DNA of 61,333 nucleotides, the filler included. It is 9 parts of 9 records of this genome, joined end to end, with 100 filler letters (N's around TTAATTAATTAA, not from the genome) between each part and the next. Parts side by side here need not be neighbours in the genome. Positions count along the whole stretch, not along the records: positions 17,608 to 22,715 come from SRR20825010_5657; positions 22,816 to 36,030 come from SRR20825010_5659; 7 more parts are not named here. One strand, given 5' to 3'. Shown here piece after piece: positions 20,028-31,600 of this stretch. The stretch's first letter is position 1; each line of letters starts with the position of its first letter. A model generated the notes under the pieces. That model was not told the DNA's origin. It saw only the letters and a list, made by a program, of their open reading frames with translations, and made no database searches. The translations under genes were made by a program, and so were the position numbers.

Positions 20028-20519
20028 ATGACGATTCTCAGGGTTCTTCTGTTGGTAATGCTTGGCCTATCCGCAGCGGCCTGCGGCAAGTTTCCCACCT
20101 ATCATGGACCGGAAGTGACACATGTCGTTGTCGACAAGGGTGAACGCCGGATGCACCTGCTGAGCAGCAAGGGTGTTTTGAAAAGCTATGACGTGGGGCT
20201 TGGTTTCGCGCCCGAGGGCGACAAGAAGATCGAGGGTGACGGCAAGACACCCGAAGGCACCTACATCATCGATCGGCGCAATCCGAACAGCCAGTTCTAT
20301 CTGTCGATCGGTGTGTCCTATCCCAACGAAGAGGACCGGGCCGAGGCGCGCGAGCTGGGCAAAAGTCCGGGTGGCGACATTTTCATTCACGGACGCCCGC
20401 GTGAGTATCGCAAGGGCGGGCGCGACTGGACGGCGGGCTGTATCGCTGTGACCGACCGTGAGATGCGCCAAGTCTATTCGATGGTGAAAAACGGGACACC
20501 GATCACGATTCAGCCGTAG
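20028..20519 (+). CDS. L,D-transpeptidase-family lipoprotein (YkuD domain)
   Basis: Lipobox 'AAAC', 'GDGKTPEG' and 'IFIHG...WTAGCI'. Confidence 0.9.
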   Translation: MTILRVLLLVMLGLSAAACGKFPTYHGPEVTHVVVDKGERRMHLLSSKGVLKSYDVGLGFAPEGDKKIEGDGKTPEGTYIIDRRNPNSQFYLSIGVSYPNEEDRAEARELGKSPGGDIFIHGRPREYRKGGRDWTAGCIAVTDREMRQVYSMVKNGTPITIQP

Positions 20520-20571
20520 CGGATGATTGGCGGGCGGCGGGGTAAGCCCCCGCCCTGCGCCTGATGACAGA

Positions 20572-21135
20572 TCAGCTGGCGGTTGGCGTCGCGCCGGGGA
20601 CGGCACCACCGCCGGGTGCGCCGACGATCATACACCACCAGATTTTGCCATTGGGCTCCTGAAACCAAGAGAATCCAAGGTCACGCGCCGACGCGTCTAG
20701 AATCACGTTGCGGGTGCTGTCCACTTCCATCCAGGCGGCGAGGGTCTGCAGCTCTGTTTCGTAGGTTTCGGAAATCGTCTCCCCGACCAGACGCCCCGCA
20801 TAGCTCACCCGGCGCACGCGATCGATGGGCGATGACCCGTCGGACCCAAAATGCCAGGGCCGGTTCTGCACGGACATGTCACGGGCATGGGTGGCGGCGG
20901 CGGCGTTCAGTTTGGAGTCGAGCACCAGTTCAGGGGCGCCGGCCGACTTGCGCAATGCGTTCACCGAATCGAGCATCCGATACTGAATCCGGCCCGTCTG
21001 GCCACTGGAAATTCGGTAAACCTGTGGCAGCGGCTTGCCGTCCGGGCCCAAGCGCGGCTCTGTATTGATGGGCGACGTGGTGCAGGCGGCCATGGCGACC
21101 GCGGAAGACATGGCAAGGAAGGCGCGTCGGTTCAT
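20572..21135 (-). CDS. CAP/SCP-domain lipoprotein, Tat-like signal
   Basis: 'MNRRAFL...MAAC', 'VNALR', 'HARDM' and 'HFGSDGS'. Confidence 0.85.
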   Translation of the reverse strand: MNRRAFLAMSSAVAMAACTTSPINTEPRLGPDGKPLPQVYRISSGQTGRIQYRMLDSVNALRKSAGAPELVLDSKLNAAAATHARDMSVQNRPWHFGSDGSSPIDRVRRVSYAGRLVGETISETYETELQTLAAWMEVDSTRNVILDASARDLGFSWFQEPNGKIWWCMIVGAPGGGAVPGATPTAS

Positions 21136-21301
21136 GTTGCTGCTCTTGATTTCTTCGTTTCCCCTGCCATACCGAAGGACGCGTTGCCAATCAAACCCAC
21201 ATCGGCGTGAGAAGGCCGGTTGACAAGCGTTTGAATTGCGACTGAGGCATTCGCGCCATATTATGTTGCAACAGCAAAAACATCCCCGAGGATATTGCAC
21301 C

Positions 21302-21889
21302 ATGACCCATTCGGCAGGAAGACCCTTTGACCGCCGCGCATTCCTGGCCGGCGGCGCGGCGCTGATCGGCACCCCCCTTCTGGCGCAGGACGACAGCACA
21401 GAGATAGAGCGTGATGTAACCAGCATCGTACGTCGCAACGTCTCTAGCTTTCGCACGCTGGCCTGGCAGGATTACTTCAGCAACCTCAACAAGGGCGCGA
21501 TCCTTGTCGACATCTCGTCGCGGGCGTTGCACTACTGGCGGCAGGACGGCACCTATTTCCTGTACCCCTCATCGGTGCCCCTGACAGAGGATCTGACCCG
21601 GCGCGGCCGCACCAGCGTGACCCTGAAAGATCCCAATCCGGATTGGCGTCCGACCCCCTCGATGAAGATCCGCAACCCCGAGTGGCCCGATTACGTCGGC
21701 CCCGGTCCGGACAACCCGCTGGGCACCCGCGCACTGCATCTGAGTTGGACCTATTACCGCATCCACGGCACCCACGACACCCGCAAGATTGGGCGTCGGT
21801 CGTCCAACGGTTGCATCGGTTTGTACAATGAGCACATCGAGCAACTGTATGAAATGGCCGTCGTCGGAACACAGGTGTTGCTAATTTGA
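21302..21889 (+). CDS. L,D-transpeptidase (ErfK/SrfK), Tat signal
   Basis: 'DRRAFL', 'GPDNPLG' and 'IHGT...SSNGCI'. Confidence 0.92.
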   Translation: MTHSAGRPFDRRAFLAGGAALIGTPLLAQDDSTEIERDVTSIVRRNVSSFRTLAWQDYFSNLNKGAILVDISSRALHYWRQDGTYFLYPSSVPLTEDLTRRGRTSVTLKDPNPDWRPTPSMKIRNPEWPDYVGPGPDNPLGTRALHLSWTYYRIHGTHDTRKIGRRSSNGCIGLYNEHIEQLYEMAVVGTQVLLI

Positions 21890-22037
21890 CGACATAGGGG
21901 TTGGGGGCCAAATCCGGTCCCTAAGAAGCAATTGCAAAGCCTCTGAAATACTGCTTAGACAGAGTTACGAGGTAAGTCTTGGGTGCCTGTCGTATGGTTA
22001 ATGATGACCGCGATAGGCGATTACTTGGAGAAGAAAC

Positions 22038-22229
22038 ATGAAAAAAATCGCTCTCGCAGCCGTTTTCGCTGGCGCAGCTACCACCGCATTCGCCGGTTCC
22101 TATGCTAAGGACGACGTTGTCATGGAGCCCGTCGTGATCGTGGAAGAAACCAAAGAGGCATCGTCCTCCGCTGGTATCCTGATCCCGCTGCTCCTGATCG
22201 CGATCATCGCAGCTGCTGCCGCTGACTAA
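22038..22229 (+). CDS. Small exported/membrane-anchored protein (63 aa)
   Basis: GGAG RBS, signal peptide ending 'AFA', C-terminal hydrophobic stretch and own terminator. Confidence 0.8.
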   Translation: MKKIALAAVFAGAATTAFAGSYAKDDVVMEPVVIVEETKEASSSAGILIPLLLIAIIAAAAAD

Positions 22230-22253
22230 TCGTCAACGGTTTCTAAAATTTGG

Positions 22254-22284
22254 AAAAAGGCGGTGCGACGGCACCGCCTTTTTT
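22254..22284. terminator. Bidirectional intrinsic terminator
   Basis: AAAAA-GGCGGTGC-GACG-GCACCGCC-TTTTTT between convergent genes. Confidence 0.9.
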
Positions 22285-22343
22285 CGTTTCCAACACCCTG
22301 TTTCTGCGGTGTTTAACCCAACAAAACCTAGCGATTGACCGGG

Positions 22344-22715
22344 TCAGGAGACCCAGCCGCCAAGGTTTTCGCCGATGACCTGGGTCAGAGCATCTACATT
22401 CGCGTCGTCATCGTTCAGGCAGGGTATATAGGTGAAATGCTCACCGCCCGCCTCTTCAAAGCTGTCCTTGATCTCTTCGTTGATCTCTTCCAGCGTCTCG
22501 ATGCAGTCGGCGGAAAAGGCGGGCGCGCAGACCGCGATGTGTTTCTTGCCGTCTTCCTTCGCCAGCCGCGCGACCTCTTCTACCGTGTAGGGTTTCAGCC
22601 ACTCTTCGGGGCCGAATCGGCTCTGAAATGTGGTGGTAATCTGCGATTCGTCCCACCCCAGACGCTCTCGCAACAGGCGTGTCGTTTTCTGACACTGGCA
22701 ATGATAGGGGTCGCC
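22344..22715 (-). CDS. hemH: Ferrochelatase, C-terminal fragment
   Basis: 'DPYHCQC', 'FQSRFGPEEWLKPYT', 'FSADCIETLEEI' and 'PCLND'. Confidence 0.95.
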   Translation of the reverse strand, partial: GDPYHCQCQKTTRLLRERLGWDESQITTTFQSRFGPEEWLKPYTVEEVARLAKEDGKKHIAVCAPAFSADCIETLEEINEEIKDSFEEAGGEHFTYIPCLNDDDANVDALTQVIGENLGGWVS

Positions 22716-22815
22716 NNNNNNNNNNNNNNNNNNNNNNNNNNNNNNNNNNNNNNNNNNNNTTAATTAATTAANNNNNNNNNNNNNNNNNNNNNNNNNNNNN
22801 NNNNNNNNNNNNNNN
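22716..22815. other. Artificial contig spacer
   Basis: 44 N + TTAATTAATTAA + 44 N. Confidence 0.99.
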
Positions 22816-22845
22816 TCGGAGGTTCGAATCCTCCCAGCCGCGCCA
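22816..22845 (+). tRNA. tRNA 3' fragment (T-arm and acceptor strand), probably tRNA-Arg
   Basis: TCGGAGGTTCGAATCCTCC-CAGCCGC-G-CCA; T-arm matches gammaproteobacterial tRNA-Arg(ACG); anticodon is not in the window. Confidence 0.8.
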
Positions 22846-22850
22846 TATTA

Positions 22851-22885
22851 AACAAAAAGCCCCGCCGAGAGCGGGGCTTTTTGTT
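22851..22885. terminator. Bidirectional intrinsic terminator
   Basis: AACAAAAAGCCCCGC-CGAGA-GCGGGGCTTTTTGTT. Confidence 0.92.
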
Positions 22886-22888
22886 GCC

Positions 22889-23425
22889 TTACCACATTAG
22901 ATCGTCGGGGATCTCATATCCGGCATAAGGGTCATCATCCCCCTGATCGTCACTCTTGCGGTCATGCAACACCACCACGGCACTTTCGTCCCGTTCCATG
23001 ATCTTGCGGGCTACGCCCTCGGCTACCACTTCGTAGGCGTCGTTCACGAAGACAATAGCCAGCCTTCCCCGTGACAGTTGATCCACCATGGTGTCGTCCA
23101 CAAAGAGCTTCTTGATTTTCTTGTCGTGGACAAACTGATAAGAGGTCTCACCTCGCGAGCGATCAAGACGATTGGTTTCCACCAGTTGCCGGATCTGGGC
23201 CTGGATGGCCTTTTTCTCAGCCTGCTTCTGGCGCTCAAGGTTTAATTGCCGATCCCGTTCTGCTTTCTCTTCCCGTGCCTGACGGGCACGAATCTCCGCT
23301 TCATTGACCTCAACCGCTCCCTTGGGCTGTTGTTTGCGTTTTTTATGTTTCTCGTTGCGAATGGCTTTGGCCTTTTTCTCGTCGGCCAGGCCGGCTTTCA
23401 ACAACTGATCCTGTAGTGATGGCAT
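22889..23425 (-). CDS. DUF2058/YaiL family protein
   Basis: 'SLQDQLLKAGL' start and 'DDPYAGYEIPDDLMW' end. Confidence 0.9.
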   Translation of the reverse strand: MPSLQDQLLKAGLADEKKAKAIRNEKHKKRKQQPKGAVEVNEAEIRARQAREEKAERDRQLNLERQKQAEKKAIQAQIRQLVETNRLDRSRGETSYQFVHDKKIKKLFVDDTMVDQLSRGRLAIVFVNDAYEVVAEGVARKIMERDESAVVVLHDRKSDDQGDDDPYAGYEIPDDLMW

Positions 23426-23540
23426 GAACGGCTCCGTGAGTGTCTGCAATTTCTGGTAAACTTGGCCCCAAGTATACGCCCGCAGCGCTGCTGGTCGAAC
23501 CCATCCTTTATTTATCCATTTGCCCCCGGGAATTTCTTTT

Positions 23541-24914
23541 ATGCCGTCATTCAGTCAGTTGGGCCTTTCCGAGCCAATGCTCGCGAACCTGTCGAGGCTT
23601 GGCTTTGAAAATCCGACACCGATTCAGTCCGGCGCCTTGCCTCATGCTATGGCAGGTAAGGACCTGATCGCCATGGCGCAGACCGGAAGCGGCAAGACGG
23701 CGGCGTTTGGCATTGGCCTGGTGGAAAGGCTGAATCCGCGACGCTTTTCGGTGCAGGGGCTGGTACTTTGTCCCACACGTGAACTGGCGGACCAGGTGTC
23801 GAAGTCGCTGCGTGAGCTGGCAAGGGCCCGTGACAACGTAAAGATTCTGTCACTGTGTGGTGGCGTGGCTATCGGCCCCCAGATTGGCTCCCTCAGCCAC
23901 GGCGCTCATATTGTGGTGGGTACTCCAGGGCGCATTCAGGATCATTTACGAAAGGGCACTCTGAAGCTGGACCAGCTCACAACCCTCATCCTGGATGAGG
24001 CGGACCGGATGCTGGATATGGGATTCCAGGACGCGGTGGAAGACATCATCAGCCAGGCGCCCGCAAAACGGCAGACCCTGATGTTCTCGGCGACGTGGCC
24101 CGAGAATATCCGCAAGTTGAGCGAGCAATATCAGCATACGCCGGCTGACGTCAGGATTGAGAGTCAGGCTGTTGAATCCGATATTACCGAGCGATTCTAC
24201 GAGATCGCGCCCGGACAGCAAGTCCAGGCCGTCGCGGCGCTATTGTCGTTACACCAACCAGCGTCCTGCATTGCCTTCTGCACCACGAAACAGCAATGTG
24301 ATGATGTCGCCAATGAGCTGAACGGCCTCGGGTTTGCGGCGCTTCCGCTTCACGGTGATCTGGAGCAGAGGGATCGTGACAGTGTTCTGGTTCGTTTCGG
24401 CAACCAGAGCTGTTCCGTGCTCGTGGCGACCGATGTGGCGGCCCGCGGTCTGGATATAAAATCTTTGCCGTTAGTGGTTAATGTGGAGCCGGCCAGGGAC
24501 CCGGAAGTACATACTCACCGAGTCGGTCGAACCGGCCGGGCCGGGGAGCAGGGGCTGGCGGTCACCTTCTGCACCCCGTCGCAGGCCCATAAGATTAACC
24601 GGCTGGAATCCGGGCGTAAGCAAGCCGTGACCTGGGGGGATACAGACAAGCTGCTGAAAACTGCGTTGCAGCCGCTGGAGCCGGCGATGAGAACCCTGTG
24701 TATAGCGGGTGGGCGCAAAGACAAAGTCCGGCCAGGAGATGTGCTTGGTGCGCTGACCGGTGAGGCTGGGCTGCCCGGGGCCGTTGTAGGCAAGATCGAT
24801 CTATTCGATTTTCAGTGTTTTGTGGCAGTGGAGAAGGCATCAGCCGCCACGGCCCTGAAAAGGTTGGAGCAGGGGCGTATAAAGGGCCGGAAAATGCGTG
24901 TGCGGTATGCATGA
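23541..24914 (+). CDS. dbpA: ATP-dependent RNA helicase DbpA
   Basis: DEAD-box motifs (AQTGSGKT, PTREL, DEAD, SAT, HRVGRTGR) plus C-terminal 'GGRKDKVRPGDVLGALT' RNA-binding domain. Confidence 0.95.
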   Translation: MPSFSQLGLSEPMLANLSRLGFENPTPIQSGALPHAMAGKDLIAMAQTGSGKTAAFGIGLVERLNPRRFSVQGLVLCPTRELADQVSKSLRELARARDNVKILSLCGGVAIGPQIGSLSHGAHIVVGTPGRIQDHLRKGTLKLDQLTTLILDEADRMLDMGFQDAVEDIISQAPAKRQTLMFSATWPENIRKLSEQYQHTPADVRIESQAVESDITERFYEIAPGQQVQAVAALLSLHQPASCIAFCTTKQQCDDVANELNGLGFAALPLHGDLEQRDRDSVLVRFGNQSCSVLVATDVAARGLDIKSLPLVVNVEPARDPEVHTHRVGRTGRAGEQGLAVTFCTPSQAHKINRLESGRKQAVTWGDTDKLLKTALQPLEPAMRTLCIAGGRKDKVRPGDVLGALTGEAGLPGAVVGKIDLFDFQCFVAVEKASAATALKRLEQGRIKGRKMRVRYA

Positions 24915-25137
24915 ATGAGAATGATTTTTGCCCACTCCAGGCCCGTCAGTACGGGCCAGAGAGCTCGGAAACCACCTATTGAAACCGCCAATTAGGTTGC
25001 TCAGTGAGTCGGAAAACGGTAAATTACGCGGGATTTTGCCCCCCGAACTGTCCGAATGGCTGGTAAAACCACGCTCCTGGCGAGGCCTGGCCAAGGGCTC
25101 GGGAAAATCAACAACTCAATACAGGTAGCTATTTGTT

Positions 25138-25389
25138 ATGAGTGAGCTAATGTCACAAGCCATCGATCTGATGGTCGCAGGCATGGGGTTTGTCTTCGTA
25201 TTCCTGATCATATTGGTGTTTGCAACCCTGCTCATGTCAAAACTGGTCCATCGGTTCGGCCCGCCTGAACCCGTTGCTCCGGCCCGTACTCCACGTGCAA
25301 GGCCTTCGGCGCCATCGTCGGTTGATCCTGACACCGCTGAAGCGATTAAAAAAGCGATTGCACAATACCGGTCACGCCACAAGAAGTGA
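25138..25389 (+). CDS. oadG: Oxaloacetate decarboxylase gamma subunit
   Basis: Single TM 'GMGFVFVFLIIL', Pro/Ala linker, first gene of the operon. Confidence 0.92.
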   Translation: MSELMSQAIDLMVAGMGFVFVFLIILVFATLLMSKLVHRFGPPEPVAPARTPRARPSAPSSVDPDTAEAIKKAIAQYRSRHKK

Positions 25390-25431
25390 CCTGGCAGATA
25401 GATTAGAACCTTTAAACAGAAGGCTGACACG

Positions 25432-27222
25432 ATGACTGACACAAAGAAACCGCTGGGGATTACGGACGTTATCCTGCGTGACGCCCACCAGTCCCTGCTT
25501 GCCACCCGCATGCGGCTTGACGACATGCTGCCCATTGCCGAGAAACTCGACAAGGTTGGTTTCTGGTCTTTGGAATCCTGGGGCGGAGCTACCTTCGACT
25601 CCTGCATCCGTTACCTGGGCGAAGATCCCTGGGAGCGCATCCGTGAACTGAAAAAGGCCATGCCTAACACCCAACAGCAAATGCTGCTGCGTGGCCAGAA
25701 CCTGCTGGGTTACCGTCATTACGCCGATGATGTGGTCGACCGTTTCTGTGAGCGTGCCGCCGAGAACGGCGTAGACGTGTTCCGGATTTTCGACGCCATG
25801 AACGATCCGCGTAACCTGGACCGTGCCATCAAGGCCGTTCGTAAGACTGGCAAGCATGCCCAGGGCACCATCGCCTACACCACCAGCCCCGTGCACACCA
25901 TCGAAATGTGGGTTGAAATGGCGAAAGAAGTGGCGGACATGGGCGCGGACTCCATCGCCATCAAGGACATGGCCGGTATCCTTAAGCCTTACGTAGCTTT
26001 TGATCTGGTCAGCCGTCTGAAGAAAGAGCTGGATATTCCCATCCATATGCAGTGCCACGCCACTACCGGTATGTCTACCGCTACTGCCATCAAGGCCGCG
26101 GAAGCCGGTATCGATAACGTGGACACCGCCATTTCCTCCATGAGCATGACCTACGGCCACTCGCCCACCGAGGCGGTTGTTGCCATTCTGGAAGGCACAG
26201 ATCGTGACACCGGCCTGGACTTGACCCTGCTTGAGGAAATCGCCAGCTATTTCCGCCAGGTGCGTAAGAAGTACGCGAAATTTGAAGGCAGCCTGCGTGG
26301 CACCGATTCCCGCATCCTGATTGCTCAGGTACCGGGCGGCATGCTGACCAACATGGAAAACCAGCTGCGAGAGCAGAACGCGAGCGACAAGTTCGACGAA
26401 GTTCTGGATGAAATCCCCAAGGTTCGCGAAGACCTGGGCTTCATTCCGCTGGTCACTCCGACTTCCCAGATCGTGGGTACCCAGGCGGTACTGAACGTTC
26501 TGACCGGTGAGCGTTACAAGTCCATCTCCAAGGAAACCTCCGCCATCCTCAAGGGCGAGTACGGCGCTGCGCCGGCGGCCATGAATAAGGAGCTGCAGGA
26601 GCGCGTTCTGGATGGCAAGGAAGTGATGACCTGTCGTCCGGCCGATGTGCTTGAGCCGGAAATGGACAAGCTGACCGACGAGCTGAAGAAGCTGGCGGAA
26701 GAGAAGGGCATCAAGCTGGCCGACAACGTTGAGGACGACGTGCTGACCTACGCACTGTTCCCGCAGATCGGCCTGAAGTTCCTGGAAAACCGTAACAACC
26801 CGGATGCCTTTGAGCCGGTTCCGACCGCTGAAGACGCAGCACCTGCCAAGAAAGCTGAAGGCCCGGAAACCTACACTGTCGATGTTAATGGCAAGAAGTA
26901 TGTTGTTGCGGTGTCCGAAGGCGGTGAAATCAGCCAGATTCAGGGTGAAGGCGGTGCTGCATCCGCACCTGCTGCTTCCTCTTCCGCGCCTGCACCGGCT
27001 GCGGGTGAAGGCGAGCCTCTGGTCGCGCCTCTGGGCGGCAATATCTTCAAGGTTCTGGTATCTCCCGGCGACGCCGTGGAAGAGGGCGATGTGCTGATCA
27101 TTCTCGAAGCCATGAAAATGGAAACCGAGGTTCGGGCACCGAAAGCCGGTACCATCGGCGAAGTCTTCATCAAGGTCGGTGATGCCGTCTCCCCTGATGA
27201 TGAAATGCTGACAATCGCATAA
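25432..27222 (+). CDS. oadA: Na+-translocating oxaloacetate decarboxylase alpha subunit
   Basis: 'LRDAHQSL', 'WGGATFD', 'IKDMAG' and biotinyl 'EAMKM'. Confidence 0.97.
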   Translation: MTDTKKPLGITDVILRDAHQSLLATRMRLDDMLPIAEKLDKVGFWSLESWGGATFDSCIRYLGEDPWERIRELKKAMPNTQQQMLLRGQNLLGYRHYADDVVDRFCERAAENGVDVFRIFDAMNDPRNLDRAIKAVRKTGKHAQGTIAYTTSPVHTIEMWVEMAKEVADMGADSIAIKDMAGILKPYVAFDLVSRLKKELDIPIHMQCHATTGMSTATAIKAAEAGIDNVDTAISSMSMTYGHSPTEAVVAILEGTDRDTGLDLTLLEEIASYFRQVRKKYAKFEGSLRGTDSRILIAQVPGGMLTNMENQLREQNASDKFDEVLDEIPKVREDLGFIPLVTPTSQIVGTQAVLNVLTGERYKSISKETSAILKGEYGAAPAAMNKELQERVLDGKEVMTCRPADVLEPEMDKLTDELKKLAEEKGIKLADNVEDDVLTYALFPQIGLKFLENRNNPDAFEPVPTAEDAAPAKKAEGPETYTVDVNGKKYVVAVSEGGEISQIQGEGGAASAPAASSSAPAPAAGEGEPLVAPLGGNIFKVLVSPGDAVEEGDVLIILEAMKMETEVRAPKAGTIGEVFIKVGDAVSPDDEMLTIA

Positions 27223-27235
27223 GGGCCAGCATTCC

Positions 27236-28570
27236 ATGGATAAATTAATGACACTCTGGACAGGTAGTGGCCTGTTCAATATGGAACTTGGCCAGGTGAT
27301 CATGATCGCCATCGGCCTTCTTCTTCTGTTCCTTGCGATTCGCAAGGGGTTCGAGCCGCTGCTGCTGGTACCCATCGGGTTCGGCGGTATTCTGGCGAAT
27401 ATTCCGGAGGCAGGGCTTGCCCTGACTGCGGCGGAGAACGCGATTCATTTCGCCCTGAAGAGCGACACTACGCAGGTGCTGGCCGCACTGGCTGCGCCGC
27501 TGGATGTTGCTTATCAGGCCGGCCAGGCTATTACCCCTGAGCTGAAAGAAGCCTTCAAGGTGGCGGTCAAAGAGGCCAGCTACTCCGACATGGCGATGGC
27601 AAATGCCATTGCCCAGGACTTCGGCTATGGCAATGGCATGCTGTATAACTTCTATTCTGTGGTTATCGGTAGCACCATTGGTCCGCTGGTGATTTTCATG
27701 GGTGTCGGCGCAATGACGGACTTTGGCCCGCTATTGGCAAACCCCAAGACAATGCTGCTTGGCGCTGCAGCCCAGTTCGGTATCTTCGGAACCGTTTTGG
27801 GTGCTGCGTTGCTCGATTGGCTGGGTATCCTGGACTTCACCATCCTTGAAGCCGCCGCAGTCGGTATTATCGGTGGTGCGGACGGTCCTACCTCCATTTA
27901 CGTGTCCAGTGTTCTGGCACCGCATCTGCTCGGGGCAATTGCAGTTTCGGCTTACGCTTATATGGCGATGGTGCCGATGATTCAGCCGCCGATCATGAAG
28001 GCGCTGACCAGCCAGAAAGAGCGGGCCATCAAGATGTCCCAGCTCCGCCCGGTGAGCAAGAAAGAGAAAATCGTGTTCCCGCTGGTGGTACTGATTGCGG
28101 TGGTTCTGTTCCTGCCGGACGCTGCGCCGCTTCTGGGTATGTTCTGCTTTGGTAACCTGATGCGCGAGTGTGGCGTGGTCGAGCGTCTGAGCGATACTGC
28201 CCAGAACGCACTGATCAATATCACAACGATTTTCCTGGGCCTGTCGGTTGGCTCCAAGCTGATGGCTGACAAGTTCCTGGATGCGCAGACGCTGGGTATC
28301 CTGGGCCTGGGTATTGTGGCCTTTGCTGTGGGTACTGCGTGTGGTGTTCTGATGGCGAAGCTGATGAACCGCTTCACCAAGGAAGCTATCAACCCGCTGA
28401 TTGGTTCCGCTGGTGTGTCTGCGGTGCCGATGGCTGCAAGGGTATCCAACAAGGTCGGCCTTGAGGCCAACCCGCAGAACTTCCTGCTGATGCACGCTAT
28501 GGGGCCAAACGTGGCCGGTGTTATCGGCTCTGCGGTGGCTGCAGGTGTGATGATCAAGCTGCTTAGCTGA
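27236..28570 (+). CDS. oadB: Na+-translocating decarboxylase beta subunit
   Basis: '[12 protein letters not shown]', 'IIGGADGPT' and '[13 protein letters not shown]'. Confidence 0.97.
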   Translation: MDKLMTLWTGSGLFNMELGQVIMIAIGLLLLFLAIRKGFEPLLLVPIGFGGILANIPEAGLALTAAENAIHFALKSDTTQVLAALAAPLDVAYQAGQAITPELKEAFKVAVKEASYSDMAMANAIAQDFGYGNGMLYNFYSVVIGSTIGPLVIFMGVGAMTDFGPLLANPKTMLLGAAAQFGIFGTVLGAALLDWLGILDFTILEAAAVGIIGGADGPTSIYVSSVLAPHLLGAIAVSAYAYMAMVPMIQPPIMKALTSQKERAIKMSQLRPVSKKEKIVFPLVVLIAVVLFLPDAAPLLGMFCFGNLMRECGVVERLSDTAQNALINITTIFLGLSVGSKLMADKFLDAQTLGILGLGIVAFAVGTACGVLMAKLMNRFTKEAINPLIGSAGVSAVPMAARVSNKVGLEANPQNFLLMHAMGPNVAGVIGSAVAAGVMIKLLS

Positions 28571-28592
28571 TTGTTTCACTTCAGCACCTGAG

Positions 28593-28620
28593 AGAAGGCC
28601 CCGCTTTTGCGGGGCTTTCT
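28593..28620. terminator. Intrinsic terminator between convergent oadB and dnaE2
   Basis: AGAAGGCCCCGC-TTTT-GCGGGGCTTTCT. Confidence 0.85.
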
Positions 28621-28650
28621 TGTTTTAGTCGCCTCCGCAATGGTGCTTCA

Positions 28651-31600
28651 TCAATGAAAATCCCGGGAATTAACCGGTAACGTCTGAATCAGATGGCTCA
28701 AATCCGACAGCCTTCCTGCCATCACGTGAACAATATCGCCTTCTCTTTCCAGAATCCCTTTCACATGTAACAACCGGGCCGTTATCAACGGCTTGCGCTG
28801 CCGCCGTGCGGTTTCCAGCCAGACCACCACGTTTACGTTTCCAGTTTCGTCTTCCAGGGTAACGAAGGTGACGCCGGAGGCGGAGCCGGGGCGTTGGCGG
28901 CCTGTGACAAGGCCAGCAACCTGAACCGGTCGGCCAGGCTGGATATTCTTGAGTTGTTCCGCGCTGAGACAGAACTTCAGGTGCCCCTGTTCCCGGAGCA
29001 GGGCCAGGGGATGGCGCTGCAGGGTCAGGCCCTGGCTGGCGTAGTCGGCCAGTACATTCTGGCCTTCCGTAGGTTCGGGCAACTGGTAACAGTGTTCTGG
29101 CTGGTAATGAGCCGCTGTCTCTTTGGCAAAGAGCTCCGCGGGCTGTTCGTGCTCAAGCAGTTGCCAGTAAGCCTGATGGCGATTAGTGGTAAACGTTGGC
29201 ATGGCGTTAGCGCCTGCGAGCAGTTCCATGTCGCGTTGGTTCAGGCCGGCCAGGTGACGTAGTTCGGCGGTGGACCGGTAACCTTCAGCCGGGCGATTGT
29301 TGTAAAGGCGCTCGGCGCCGCTGGCAGAGAGGCCCTGTATGAGCCTGAGCCCCAGACGTAAATGACGATTGGGCGGCTCCAGGGTGTGATTCCATTGGCT
29401 GTGATTTACATCCGGGGGTAGCACGGTGACGTCATGACGACGGGCGTCCTGGACCAGTTGGGACGGTGAGTAGAATCCCATGGGTTGGCTGTTGAGCAGG
29501 GCGCAGTAGAAAGCGGCTGGGTAGTGGCGTTTAATCCAGGAGGACACATACACCAGCAGCGCAAAACTGGCGGCATGGGATTCGGGAAAACCGTAACCAC
29601 CGAACCCGCAGATTTGCAGGTATAACCGTTCGGCGAAATCGGCATCGTGGCCCCGTTCCAGCATGCCGTTGATCAACTTGTCCCGAAATGGCGTCAGGTC
29701 GCCGTGAGACTTCCAGGCAGCCATGGCGCGGCGGAGCTGGTCGGCTTCACCGGCAGAGAAACCAGCGGCCACCATGGCCAGCTTGATCACCTGCTCCTGG
29801 AAGATAGGCACACCCAGGGTGCGCTCCAGAACGTTCCGTACAGCATCGTTGGGATAGTCCACTGGCTCCAGGCCATGCTTGCGACGCAGATAGGGGTGAA
29901 CCATGTCACCCTGGATAGGGCCGGGGCGAACAATGGCCACCTCGATCACCAGATCGTAGTACTTTTCCGGTTTCAGACGCGGCAACATGTTGATCTGGGC
30001 ACGGGATTCCACCTGGAAAACACCGATGCTGTCGCCTTTTTGCAACATGGCATAGGTGGCGGGATCTTCCAGGGGAATATCCTGCATGGAAAAAGGAGCA
30101 CCCTTTTCCTCACTGATCAGGTCCAAGGCCTTGCGGATGGCCGTGAGCATGCCCAGGGCAAGCACGTCCACTTTCATCAGGCCCAGGCTTTCCAGATCGT
30201 CCTTGTCCCACTGTATGACGGTACGGTCCGCCATGGCCGCGTTCTCCACTGGTACCAATTCGGCCAATGGTCCGGCACTGATGACAAAACCACCGACATG
30301 CTGGGACAGGTGGCGGGGGAAGCCCAACAGGGTATTCACCAGGGTAAAGAACTGGTCGGCCACTTTCGGGTTGCGGGTGAGGTGTTTGTCGAGAATCTGC
30401 TGGCGCCAGTTGCTGGCCTTGTCCCGCCAATCGATGCCTTCCAAAAGCTGTTCCACCATGGCGGGATCAAAACCCAGGGCTTTGCCCACATCCCGGATGG
30501 CGCTGCGCGGCCGGTAGCGGATCACCGTGGCGGCCAGGGCTGCGCGTTCCCGGCTGTAGCGCCGGTAGATGTACTGGATAACCTCTTCCCGCCGTTCATG
30601 CTCGAAATCCACATCAATATCGGGTGGCTCTCCACGATCCTTGGAGATGAAGCGTTCGAACAGCAACTCCACGCGAGCCGGGTTGACCTCGGTGATGCCC
30701 AGGCAGTAGCACACGGCAGAGTTGGCAGCCGACCCGCGGCCCTGGCACAGAATGCCTTTGCTGCGGGCGAAGGCGACAATATCCTGGATAGTGAGGAAGT
30801 AGTGCTCGTACTTCATCTCTGATATCAGGCCTAGTTCCTTGCGTATCAGCCTCTGAACGCTTTGTGGCGTGCCGTTTGGGTATCGCCGGCGTTCACCGTC
30901 GTGGGTCAGTTGTTTCAGGTAGGCCGCTGGCGATGTTCCGGCCGGCACCAGATCCGGTGGGTATTCGTACCGCAAGCTACCCGGTTCGAAAGTACATTGC
31001 TCAGCAATTACCAGGGTTTCCCTGAGCCAGGCTTCCGGAAACAGGCGATCAAGAACCGGTAATGGTCGAAGGTAGCGCTCCCCATTCTGGAACAGGCAAT
31101 GGCCGGCGTTCTCCAGGTTGGTGTGGTTGCGCAGGGCTGTGAGCACATCCTGCAACGGTTGCCGCTCGCGGCTGTGCATATGCACCTCTCCGGTGGCGGC
31201 TATCGGACAACGCAGGTGGTCTGCCAGCCAGCGTGCCCGGGCCAGTTGCTGCTCCTCTCCGGATTCAAGAGTGCGGGCTGCGGCTATCCAGAGATTCGGC
31301 TCAAACAGGCGCTGAAGCCACTCACCACAGGCCAGGGCCTGGTCTGCATCTGCAACAGTGGGTGAGGGTGGCAGCCACAGGCACACACAATCGTCCAGGG
31401 AATGGGTCTCGATATCCCGGAAGAATAACCGGTACTGGCCTTTCTCCGCTTGCCGTCGGCCAGTGGTGATCAACTGGCAAAGCTGACCATAACCCTTACG
31501 GGTGCGGGCCAGCAGGATGAAGCGGGGAGTAACCGCTCCGGGCGGGGCATCCTCAAGTTCAAACCAGCTGCCGGTGATCAGCTTTACCGGGCTGTCTTTC

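Noticed and set aside
22816-22845. tRNA fragment as a prophage or island att site
   Set aside because: The truncation coincides with the contig start; it is followed by a normal terminator and core genes, with no phage integrase.
25372-27375. 667-aa minus-strand ORF
   Set aside because: Antisense shadow of oadA.
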